The position numbers and the translations under genes were made by a program. The notes beneath the pieces are model-generated. The model was given only the letters and a program-made list of their open reading frames with translations, did no database searches and was not told the DNA's origin. 64,000 bases of DNA from Myxococcota bacterium. GTDB lineage: Bacteria > Myxococcota_A > UBA9160 > UBA4427. The DNA lies in NCBI GenBank assembly GCA_965250285.1, contig OZ252299.1, positions 2,688,001 through 2,752,000 on the forward strand, given 5' to 3'. This document shows, piece by piece, positions 42,098-50,192 of this stretch; positions within the stretch are counted from its first letter, which is position 1; every line of letters starts with the position of its first letter.

Positions 42098-43252
42098 ATG
42101 CGCGTGATCGCGATCGTGAATCAGAAGGGGGGCTGCGGGAAGACGACGACCACCGTCAGCCTCGCCGGGGCGCTCGCCGCCGACGGCAAGCGGGTGCTCG
42201 TGGTGGACATGGATCCGCAGGCCCATGCCACGCTCGCCCTCGGCATCGATCCCGAAGAGCTCGACGAGAACCTCTACGAGGTGCTCGCCGAGTCGTCCGG
42301 CGCCCTGCGCCTCGAGCGCATCCTGATCCGCATCGCGGACGACATTGCCCTCGCCCCGTCGTCGATCGTGCTCTCGGCCGTCGAGCAGAAGCTCGCGGCG
42401 CTGCGCGACGACGCACGCACCGAGCGGCTCGGACGCGCGCTGAACGCGCTCGAGACCGAGTTCGACTACGTCCTCATCGACTGCCCGCCGAACGTCGGGC
42501 TCTTGACCTTCAACGCGCTGCGGGCCGCGAGTGAAGTGATCGTGCCCCTCGAGACGAGCTTCTTCGCGATCGACGGTGTCCAGAAGCTGCTCGAGACGAT
42601 CGCCCTGCTCTCGGATCGCATCGGCCACGACCTCGCCGTGCGGATCCTGCCGACGCTCTACGACGGGCGCACGCGATACGCCCGGGAGACGCTCGGCGAC
42701 ATCCGCGAGCTCTTCAAGGATCTGTGCTTCGACGCCGTGATCCGCCAGAACGTCAAGCTGCGGGAGGCCGCCCGCCACGGCGTGCCGATCGGTCAGTACG
42801 CACCGTCGGCCAACGGCGCCCTCGACTATGCGGCGGTCGCGCTCGAGCTCGACGCGGCCGTCCCCGATGCACCCAGCCCGACGCTCGAAGAGGCCGACGC
42901 CGCCATCGCACCGGTGCCCCTCGCCCCGGCGCGTCGCGCCGAGATCGCTGCCCAGCCCGGCGCCGAAGGCGCGGGCTTCGCCGGTCGAGAGGTCGTGATC
43001 CACTTTCGAGACGACGACGCACGAGACGTGCGGATCGCGGGCGACTTCAACGGCTGGGTGCCCGACAAGGGTGTGCATTCGATGACCGAAGCCGACGGCA
43101 AGACCACGGTCTGGACGAAGGTGCTGAACCTGCCGCCCGGGACCTATCAGTATCGGTACGTGGTCGATGGCGAATGGCGCGCCGATCCCGCAAACCCCGA
43201 ATCGACCCAGGGCCCGGCCGGCAAGCCGAACTCGGTGCTGCACGTCCGCTAG
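42098..43252 (+). CDS. ParA/Soj-family ATPase fused to a C-terminal AMPK-beta-type glycogen-binding (CBM48-like) domain
   Basis: NQKGGCGKTTT, DMDPQ, IDCPP, YDGRT, IRQNVKLREA; C-terminal VRIAGDFNGW...LNLPPGTYQYRYVVDGEWRADPANP...NSVL. Confidence 0.9.
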   Translation: MRVIAIVNQKGGCGKTTTTVSLAGALAADGKRVLVVDMDPQAHATLALGIDPEELDENLYEVLAESSGALRLERILIRIADDIALAPSSIVLSAVEQKLAALRDDARTERLGRALNALETEFDYVLIDCPPNVGLLTFNALRAASEVIVPLETSFFAIDGVQKLLETIALLSDRIGHDLAVRILPTLYDGRTRYARETLGDIRELFKDLCFDAVIRQNVKLREAARHGVPIGQYAPSANGALDYAAVALELDAAVPDAPSPTLEEADAAIAPVPLAPARRAEIAAQPGAEGAGFAGREVVIHFRDDDARDVRIAGDFNGWVPDKGVHSMTEADGKTTVWTKVLNLPPGTYQYRYVVDGEWRADPANPESTQGPAGKPNSVLHVR

Positions 43253-43404
43253 CGCGGTGCTTCGAAGCCCCAAAGAGAGCCGTGGAAGCGCGGTACTTCG
43301 AAGCCGCGAGGAGAGCCCTCGAAGCGCGGTGCTTCGAAGCCGCGAGGAGAGCCGTCGAAGCGCGGTGCTTCGAAGCCGCGAGGAGAGCCGTCGAAGCGCC
43401 GTGC
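43251..43404. repeat. 36-bp tandem repeat, 4 copies plus a partial copy
   Basis: Consensus AGCGCGGTGCTTCGAAGCCGCGAGGAGAGCCGTCGA at 43251, 43287, 43323 and 43359; partial at 43395; no spacers. Confidence 0.92.
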
Positions 43405-44348
43405 CCCGAGAGCTGTCGGACGTCCTGCACTACTTCCTGCCCGTCGACGCACCCGCGCCCGCGTCGCCGAACGCGGTCACCGACACGCGTCTCGAACCCC
43501 GGCCGCCGGCCGCGAGCGACGCCGAGCGCGAAGCGCGCCCCGCCCCGGTCCCGCCCGACCACGCCCGCTCCCACGCCCCCGCCCACGCCCACGCCCCCGA
43601 CAAGCGGCGTGGCGCGGTCGCGCCGACCCTCCCGATCGTCGCGGTGCCCGTCGCCTTCGACGACGAGGTGCGCGCCGCTCTGCTCTGGAACCTGAGCATC
43701 GAGATCGCCCGATGCGGTGGGCACAGCCTGCTCCTGCGCCCTGCGCGCCCGGCGCACGAGCCCGCGCAGCGAACGGGCGAGTCCACGCGGTCGTCGGCCG
43801 AGTCCATGTGGCCGCCGCCTGGCCGCCAGCCCCTCGGTGCCGAACTGATCGAAGCTCGCGCGCGCAATCTCGGTGACCTCTACCGCGCGGCGGTCGACGC
43901 CGCGCTGCTGCGCTCGGGCGGCGGGGGGCCGGGCCTGGTGCTGGTTCAGACCCCGGCCGACTGGCTCGCAGCGCCAGGCGACGGGGCCCCACTGCTCGAA
44001 TGGGCGCTGCTGCTCACGCGGAGCGAGCCCGGCGATCTGCGCGCGACCTGGCGGCTGGCGCGCCACCTCACAGGCGCGCGGCCCGGCGGGCGCCTGGGCA
44101 TCACGATTCACGGCGCGACCAGCCGTCGCGCCGCCGAGCGCGGCTTCGCCGCCCTGGCGCGGGCCGCGCGCGAAAGACTCGCGCGCGAAGTCGCGAGCTA
44201 TGGGCTGCTCGCCGACGACCTGCATGTCTACCGAGCCATCACCGATCGACGCCCGATCGGCGTCAGCCAGCCTCAGAGCCTCGCAGCGCGGGCGCTTCAC
44301 GACGTCGCGGGCACGCTGCTCGACGACGCGGCCGAGCTGCACGCCTGA
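43401..44348 (+). CDS. Degenerate MinD/FlhG-like protein lacking Walker A
   Basis: C-terminus YGLLADDLHVYRAITDRRPIGVSQPQSLAARALHDVA resembles the MinD/FlhG C-terminal region; no KGGxGK; GTG start uncertain because of the in-frame repeat upstream. Confidence 0.6.
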   Translation: MPRELSDVLHYFLPVDAPAPASPNAVTDTRLEPRPPAASDAEREARPAPVPPDHARSHAPAHAHAPDKRRGAVAPTLPIVAVPVAFDDEVRAALLWNLSIEIARCGGHSLLLRPARPAHEPAQRTGESTRSSAESMWPPPGRQPLGAELIEARARNLGDLYRAAVDAALLRSGGGGPGLVLVQTPADWLAAPGDGAPLLEWALLLTRSEPGDLRATWRLARHLTGARPGGRLGITIHGATSRRAAERGFAALARAARERLAREVASYGLLADDLHVYRAITDRRPIGVSQPQSLAARALHDVAGTLLDDAAELHA

Positions 44349-44485
44349 CGCGCCCCATCCCGCGTCGATCGATCGCCGCAAACCGGAACGTCGCGTCCAA
44401 GCCGCATTTCGACCGTGCGCCCTGCGACCGGCCGCGCGCGAAACGGCCCGGACGCTGCGCGTCGTCGCCGGTACCCTGCACGGCG

Positions 44486-45220
44486 ATGCAGCCAAAGAGT
44501 GAATCCGACGCGAAGACCGGCAGCACGAGACCGCGCACCTCGGTCGCGAAGGGCCCCGCGGCCGGGGCCTCGGTGCTCGACCGGATCCAGCGGGCCCTGC
44601 CCGGGCTCGAGTCGGGGCTGCGCCTGCTCGCCGACGGCTTGCCCGCACCGAGCGGCCTGATCGACGTGCTCGGCGTCGACGCGGCCGGTCGGCCGGTCCT
44701 CGTCTTCGTCGTCGAAGGCGCGCACGCGGACGACGGCCGGGTCGCCCTCGGACTCGCGCGGGCGCTCGGGGCCCGGGCCTGGCTCCAGAGCGAGCAGCCG
44801 GGCTGGCTGCAGCTCGTGCCCGAGATCGCCCGGAGCGACGTCGTCGTGCCCCGCTGTCTGCTCCTGGTCCGCAGCCTGTCGCCGATGCTCCGCGCCGCGA
44901 TCGAAGCGCTCCCCGACCGCTGGATCGAGCCCGTCGTCTATCGCCCGTTCTCGCACGGCGGCGACGACTTCCTGCTTCTCGAACAGCTCGCCCCGCCCGC
45001 GCCCGACACCGCCCGGGGCGCGTCCGAGCCGGACGGCGACCCGCGACCGACCGATCCGCCAACGGCCGACGGCCCGCCCCTGCCCCCGCTGCGCAGCCGG
45101 CTGACGGAAGCCGACTTTCGCGCCGACCCCGTGTCGCAGTCGGCCCAGGCGCGCCCCCGCTTCGAGCCCGCCGAGGATCGAGCGCCCGACGACCCGCCCC
45201 CTCTGGGGAAGTCTCGCTGA
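44486..45220 (+). CDS. Hypothetical protein with degenerate NucS/EndoMS-like PD-(D/E)xK fold
   Basis: LESGLRLLADGLPAPSGLIDVLGVDAAGRPVLVFV resembles the NucS core, but ExK is absent; C-terminal RSRLTEADF. Confidence 0.55.
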   Translation: MQPKSESDAKTGSTRPRTSVAKGPAAGASVLDRIQRALPGLESGLRLLADGLPAPSGLIDVLGVDAAGRPVLVFVVEGAHADDGRVALGLARALGARAWLQSEQPGWLQLVPEIARSDVVVPRCLLLVRSLSPMLRAAIEALPDRWIEPVVYRPFSHGGDDFLLLEQLAPPAPDTARGASEPDGDPRPTDPPTADGPPLPPLRSRLTEADFRADPVSQSAQARPRFEPAEDRAPDDPPPLGKSR

Positions 45221-45352
45221 CTTTTTTCGGCACTCGGTGACAAATTTTGACACCCCGCGGCCCGAGCCGGTCACTCCCTACCGAGGGGGCGCTGTATCTG
45301 GGATCGGCCCCCCCACCGAGGCTGAACCTGGGGGAGCCAAGGGGATTGTGCC

Positions 45353-45940
45353 GTGGCGGCTGCTGCTGATGTGTCCGAATCGACCAATGCGAAGCGAACT
45401 GCGAGCGACGAAGAGCTGATCGACGCCCTGCGCAAGGGCGACCGAGCGGCCTTCGATTCGCTGTACGACCGCTATTTCATTCGCGTCTTCCGCTTCACCG
45501 AGAAGCGCCTGCGAAACCGCGCCGACGCGGAAGAAACCACGCAGGAAGTCTTCATCAACGTGCTCGGCTCGATCGAGTCGTTCCGAGGCGAGGCGCCGTT
45601 CGCGGCGTGGGTCTTCGGGATCACGCGCCGCACGATCGCGTCGCGCTTCAAGCGCAAGCGACACGCGATGGTGCCGCTCGTCGACCAGGAGCCCGAGCCG
45701 ACGCGCAGCGGCGGCCCGACCGCCGACCCCTCGCCCATCGAGGTCGTCGAGTACCAGGAGCGATTGAGTCAGCTCGAAGACACCCTCGAGCACAAGCTCT
45801 CGCCCGAGCAGCGCATGCTCTTCAAGCTGCACCACATCGAGGATCGACCGATCAGCGAGATCGCGAGTCGCCTCGACAAGACCGAAGATGCGGTGAAGTC
45901 GCATCTCTACCGAGCGCGGCGGCTGCTGCTCCAACGCTGA
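45353..45940 (+). CDS. ECF RNA polymerase sigma-70 factor
   Basis: SDEELIDAL, AFDSLYDRY, DAEETTQEVF, FAAWVFGI, ISEIA...AVKSHLYRAR. Confidence 0.92.
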   Translation: MAAAADVSESTNAKRTASDEELIDALRKGDRAAFDSLYDRYFIRVFRFTEKRLRNRADAEETTQEVFINVLGSIESFRGEAPFAAWVFGITRRTIASRFKRKRHAMVPLVDQEPEPTRSGGPTADPSPIEVVEYQERLSQLEDTLEHKLSPEQRMLFKLHHIEDRPISEIASRLDKTEDAVKSHLYRARRLLLQR

Positions 45941-46078
45941 AGCGGCTGAAGGGCCCGAACCCGACTCGTCGGGTCGTCGTCTCGCCTCGTGCGGGTCGCC
46001 CGGGACCGGTGCATCGCCGCCGGCCGAGCTCCAGCCCAACCCGATCACACCCGGGCCATGCTGCTAGACTGCGCGGCC

Positions 46079-46939
46079 ATGCCGACGCCTCCGCCCGCTG
46101 CTGAAGAGCTCGTGCGCACGCTCCGCGACCGCACCGAGCGCGTCCAGCCGCTCTCTGCCCAGAGCTGGCCGATCGATCCGCCGGCCGGCTTCGAGGGGCT
46201 CGCCTGTACGCGCTTCGAGCTCTCTTCGCGCGGCGATCGCGTGCCTGGCCACCTGCTCGAGCCCGATCGCGACCCCGCCGCCCGGCGCCCCCTCGTCCTG
46301 CTGCAGCACGGCGCCGGGGGCGATCGCCACAGCCTGTATCTGCAGGTCGCGCGGCGCTGGGTCGAAGCCGGGACCGCCGTCGCGACCATCGACTTTCCGC
46401 TGCACGGCGAACGGCGCAGCCCAAAGCTGAGCGAGCTGCTGCTGCTCAGCATCTCGAGCGGCGTGCGCGGCGAAGGTGCGGCGACCGGCGACGCGTCGGC
46501 CGACCCGCGCGCGCTGTTTCGCGGCTTCGCGCAGCAGGCGGTCGCCGACCTGCGCGCCACCCTCGACCATCTGCTCGACGCCCCGCGCATCAACGGCGAC
46601 CGCTGTGCCTACGCGGCGTTCAGCCTGGGATCGATCCTCGGCAGCCTGTTCCTCGCCGTCGACGAGCGCCCCAGGGCCGCGGCGCTCGCACTCGGTGGCG
46701 GTGGCTTCGGCCCGACCGACCTCGACCCGGCCTCCTACATCGGCGCCTTCGCGCCGCGGCCCCTCCTGATGATCAACGCGTCGAAGGACGAGGTCATCGT
46801 CCCCGCAGCGGGCGAGGCGCTCTTCGCCGCGGCGAACGAACCGCGCGAGATCGAGTGGTACGAGACGGGCCATGACCACCTGCCCGGCGTCGCGCTCAAG
46901 CGCATGTGGCTCCATCTCTCGGGCGCGCTCGCCGACTGA
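46079..46939 (+). CDS. Alpha/beta hydrolase (dienelactone hydrolase/acetyl esterase-like)
   Basis: LLQHGAGG, IDFPLHGER, nucleophile AFSLG, KDEVI, TGH; alternative start 46058. Confidence 0.8.
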   Translation: MPTPPPAAEELVRTLRDRTERVQPLSAQSWPIDPPAGFEGLACTRFELSSRGDRVPGHLLEPDRDPAARRPLVLLQHGAGGDRHSLYLQVARRWVEAGTAVATIDFPLHGERRSPKLSELLLLSISSGVRGEGAATGDASADPRALFRGFAQQAVADLRATLDHLLDAPRINGDRCAYAAFSLGSILGSLFLAVDERPRAAALALGGGGFGPTDLDPASYIGAFAPRPLLMINASKDEVIVPAAGEALFAAANEPREIEWYETGHDHLPGVALKRMWLHLSGALAD

Positions 46940-46997
46940 CGATCGCCCCCCTTCGACCCGGCCGCCTCGGGGCGCGCCGCAGCGCGAGGATCCCGGC

Positions 46998-48074
46998 ATG
47001 AGCCTGCGACACCGAACCCACTCGCGGGGACGCGCCCAGCGCTGCCGGACGTTGGCGCTCGGGGCGATCGGGGCGATCGGGGCGTGCGCCCTCATCGCGG
47101 TCGGTTGCGCGACGAAGGTGCCGAAGACGCCCGAATCGCCGACGGCCGCCGTGGTCGGGAAACACACGATCACGATCGGAGACGTCGACGACGAGATCAA
47201 GCAGCAGCTCTTCGACGATCAGTTCCCCGCCGGCGACTCGTCGCGACTCTTCGACGCACGCGAGGCAGCGCTCGATGATCTGGTCGACCGACAGGTCGTC
47301 GAACAGGCCTCTGTGGGCTCGGGGCTCACGCCCGATGCCTGGCTGAAGCAGGAGGCCGAGAAGCGCTACCCGGTCACCGAGGACGAGATCGACGCGTTCT
47401 GGCAGCAGTACGAGCATCGCCTGCCGAAGGATCGGCCGGAGAAGGATCTGCGCGCCGACATCCGTGCCTACCTGATCGAAGAGAACGAGAAGGAGGTGCT
47501 GCAGGAGCTGCGACAGGAGGCGCGCATCCGTCGCGTGCTCGCGCGTCCGCGGCACGAGGTCGCGCCGCGGGGCGAGCCGAAGGGGCCGGCGGGCGCGCCG
47601 ATCACCATCGTCGAGTTCAGCGACTTCGAGTGCCCCTTCTGCCTGCGCGCGATCCCGACGCTGCAGTCGCTGCTCGAAGCGTACCCGGACCAGATCCGGC
47701 TCTACTACCGCCATCTCCCGCTGCCGAGTCATGCGCGCGCACGACCCGCCGCCATCGCGTCGGTCTGCGCCGAGCAGCAGGGCGAGTTCTGGGCCTACCA
47801 CGACGTGCTCTTCCAGCATCCCCGCGCGCTCAGCGATGCCGATCTGCGCACCTACGCCGAGCAGCTCGGCCTCGACATGGTCCGCTTCGATGCGTGTCTC
47901 ACGAGCGACGAAGCGGCGGCGCGGGTCGACGAAGACATGGAGGCGGCGAATGAGCTCGCGGTCACCGGCACGCCGACCTTCTTCGTCAACGGCATCCGCC
48001 TGCGCGGTGCGCAGCCGCTCGCGAAGTTCAAGCGCGTCGTCGATCAGGAGCTGGCCGCGATGGAGCAGCCCTAG
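46998..48074 (+). CDS. DsbA-family thioredoxin-fold lipoprotein with N-terminal helical domain
   Basis: LIAVGC lipobox-like; [21 protein letters not shown]. Confidence 0.9.
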   Translation: MSLRHRTHSRGRAQRCRTLALGAIGAIGACALIAVGCATKVPKTPESPTAAVVGKHTITIGDVDDEIKQQLFDDQFPAGDSSRLFDAREAALDDLVDRQVVEQASVGSGLTPDAWLKQEAEKRYPVTEDEIDAFWQQYEHRLPKDRPEKDLRADIRAYLIEENEKEVLQELRQEARIRRVLARPRHEVAPRGEPKGPAGAPITIVEFSDFECPFCLRAIPTLQSLLEAYPDQIRLYYRHLPLPSHARARPAAIASVCAEQQGEFWAYHDVLFQHPRALSDADLRTYAEQLGLDMVRFDACLTSDEAAARVDEDMEAANELAVTGTPTFFVNGIRLRGAQPLAKFKRVVDQELAAMEQP

Positions 48075-48094
48075 CCAGCGAAGCCCGATTCGCG

Positions 48095-49435
48095 TCAGGC
48101 GAGCTCGGCGATGCGCGCGAGCATCGCGTCGCGTTCCCGCTCCATCTTTTCCCGCGTGTCCGCCTCGAGGTTCAGGCGCAGCACCGGCTCGGTGTTGCTC
48201 GGCCGCAGGTTGAACCACCAGTCGGGATAGCGCACGAGCAGCCCGTCGAGCATCGAGATCTCGGGCGCTTCGGCATGCTCGCCCCGAATCGTCTCGATGA
48301 CGGCCGCGGGATCGCGGACCTTCGAGTTGATCTCGCCGCTCTGCTCGTAGCGCCGCAACGGGTCGACGATCTCGGAGAGCTTGCGTCCCTCGGCCCCGAG
48401 CACGTCGAGCGCCGCGACGAAGGCCGCGGTGCCGTCGTCGGCGATCAGATCCCCGTCGAAGCGAAAGTAGGTGTGACCGGAGAGCTCGCCGGCGAAGAGC
48501 GCGCCCTCGTCGCGCATCTGCGCCTTCACGAACGAGTGCCCGACGCGGCACATCGCCGCGCGTCCACCGGCCGCCTCGACCTCTTCCGCGACGACGCGAC
48601 TCGATCGGAGGTCGTAGAGCACCAGGGCGCCGGGCTCGCGCTCGAGCTGATGGCGGGCCATCACGGCCGTCATGAGGTCGGACGAGATGGGCCGTCCGTT
48701 CTCGTCGACGAACACCGCGCGGTCGCCGTCGCCATCGAAAGCCACACCGAAGTCGGCCCCGACGCGGCGTACGGCTTCACCCACGTCTTCGAGGTTCTCG
48801 ACCTTGAGCGGGTCGGCTTCATGATTGGGGAACGTGCCGTCGGGCTCGAAGTAGAGGCGCTCGACATCGAGGTCGAGTCGCTCCAACAGCGGCTCGAGAC
48901 CGACGCTCGCCATGCCGTTGCCGCAGTCGATCGCCACCTTGAGCGCGGGCCGATGGGTGCCGACCGAGAGCGCATGATCGACGTAGCCCGCGCGGACGTC
49001 GATCGTCTCGACCGAGCCCGCGCGATCGGCGGCGGGCGCCGCTTGGCGCTCGGGCACCAGCGCCTCGATCTGCTTCAGCCCCGTGGCCTCGCCGATCGGG
49101 ATCGCGCGCTCTCGGCACACCTTGAAGCCGTTGTACTGCCCGGGGTTGTGCGACGCGGTCACCATGATGCCGCCCCCCAGGCCCTGCGCGTTCACCGCGA
49201 AGTACATCATCGGGGTACTCACCAAGCCGAGGTCGATGACGTCGACCCCCTCCTCGGTGATGCCCCGAATCAACGCGGCGTGCAGCTCGGGCGAGTGCGT
49301 CCGCGCGTCACGACCCACGGCGAGCCGCGTCGCCCCGATGAAGTGCGCCGCCGCGCGGCCGACGCCATGCGCGAGGTCGGCGTTCAGTTGATCGGGCACG
49401 GTGCCCCGAATGTCGTATGCCTTGAAGACCGCCAA
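48095..49435 (-). CDS. Phosphomannomutase/phosphoglucomutase
   Basis: [38 protein letters not shown] start with GGAG SD. Confidence 0.95.
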   Translation of the reverse strand: MAVFKAYDIRGTVPDQLNADLAHGVGRAAAHFIGATRLAVGRDARTHSPELHAALIRGITEEGVDVIDLGLVSTPMMYFAVNAQGLGGGIMVTASHNPGQYNGFKVCRERAIPIGEATGLKQIEALVPERQAAPAADRAGSVETIDVRAGYVDHALSVGTHRPALKVAIDCGNGMASVGLEPLLERLDLDVERLYFEPDGTFPNHEADPLKVENLEDVGEAVRRVGADFGVAFDGDGDRAVFVDENGRPISSDLMTAVMARHQLEREPGALVLYDLRSSRVVAEEVEAAGGRAAMCRVGHSFVKAQMRDEGALFAGELSGHTYFRFDGDLIADDGTAAFVAALDVLGAEGRKLSEIVDPLRRYEQSGEINSKVRDPAAVIETIRGEHAEAPEISMLDGLLVRYPDWWFNLRPSNTEPVLRLNLEADTREKMERERDAMLARIAELA

Positions 49436-49825
49436 GATCACTCCATACGCAGCACGGGGCTGCAGCTCACTTGCCCATTCGACGCCGACGCCGACGCCGC
49501 CCGGACGCGGCGCGCACACGCACCACACGGTGGCCGGACGTCACCCACGGGCGGGCCGGTTGACCCGTCCGACCACCCAAGGCACCCTCTGCGCGTCGTC
49601 GAACCCCGCACCGAGCGCACGTGGCGGGCACGGGACTCGATCGACTGCGCGGACGACTCACGCCCGACATGGTTCCGTCGGGTTCGGTTCCACCGGCCGT
49701 GGATCGGGCGCGACCCGGCGCGGCTGCGATGGGTGACCGCGCTCAGGCAGAGCGGGCGATCAGCCGATCCGACACATTGGCTGAACCGAGAACCGCGCAC
49801 GGCTGCGCGCGCAATCGATCTCTCG

Positions 49826-49870
49826 ACCGAGAACACAACCGAGAGCTCAACCGAGAGCACAACCCAGAGA
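49826..49870. repeat. 12-bp tandem repeat immediately upstream of the tatA RBS
   Basis: ACCGAGAACACA-ACCGAGAGCTCA-ACCGAGAGCACA-ACCCAGAGA. Confidence 0.75.
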
Positions 49871-49879
49871 GGAGCGATG

Positions 49880-50080
49880 ATGTTCGGCATGGGTCCCTGG
49901 GAGCTGGGAATCATCCTCGCGATCGTCGTCGTGCTGTTCGGCGCCCGCAGACTACCCGAGATCGGCTCGGGCGTCGGCAAGGCGATCAAGAACTTCAAGG
50001 GCGCCGTCTCGGGCGAAGACGAGATCGACGTCACGCCCGAGAAAGAGAAGCTCGCCGACGGCGACACTGAGTCGAAGTAG
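49880..50080 (+). CDS. tatA: Twin-arginine translocase subunit TatA
   Basis: [47 protein letters not shown]; alternative start 49877. Confidence 0.93.
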   Translation: MFGMGPWELGIILAIVVVLFGARRLPEIGSGVGKAIKNFKGAVSGEDEIDVTPEKEKLADGDTESK

Positions 50081-50127
50081 CCCGTCGAAGTAGCCCGTCG
50101 AAGTAGCCCGTCGAAGCCAGCCGTCGA
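50071..50127. repeat. 13-bp tandem repeat spanning the tatA stop codon
   Basis: GTCGAAGTAGCCC three times, then degenerate GTCGAAGCCAGCC. Confidence 0.85.
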
Positions 50128-50192
50128 CGTCACCCGCGCGGCGAACGACGAACCCGTCCCCCCGACCGGCCCATGCTCAATCGGACCTCGGA

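Noticed and set aside
42098..43252. Chromosomal parAB/origin locus
   Set aside because: No parB, dnaA or gidAB nearby, I noticed no parS palindrome, and the protein carries an extra CBM domain.
43251..43404. CRISPR array (36-bp unit with palindromic core)
   Set aside because: Units are head-to-tail with no unique spacers, and there are no cas genes in the window.
45247..45277. sigma-70 promoter for the ECF gene (TTGACA at 45247)
   Set aside because: No convincing -10 hexamer at 16-18 bp spacing, so it was left uncalled.
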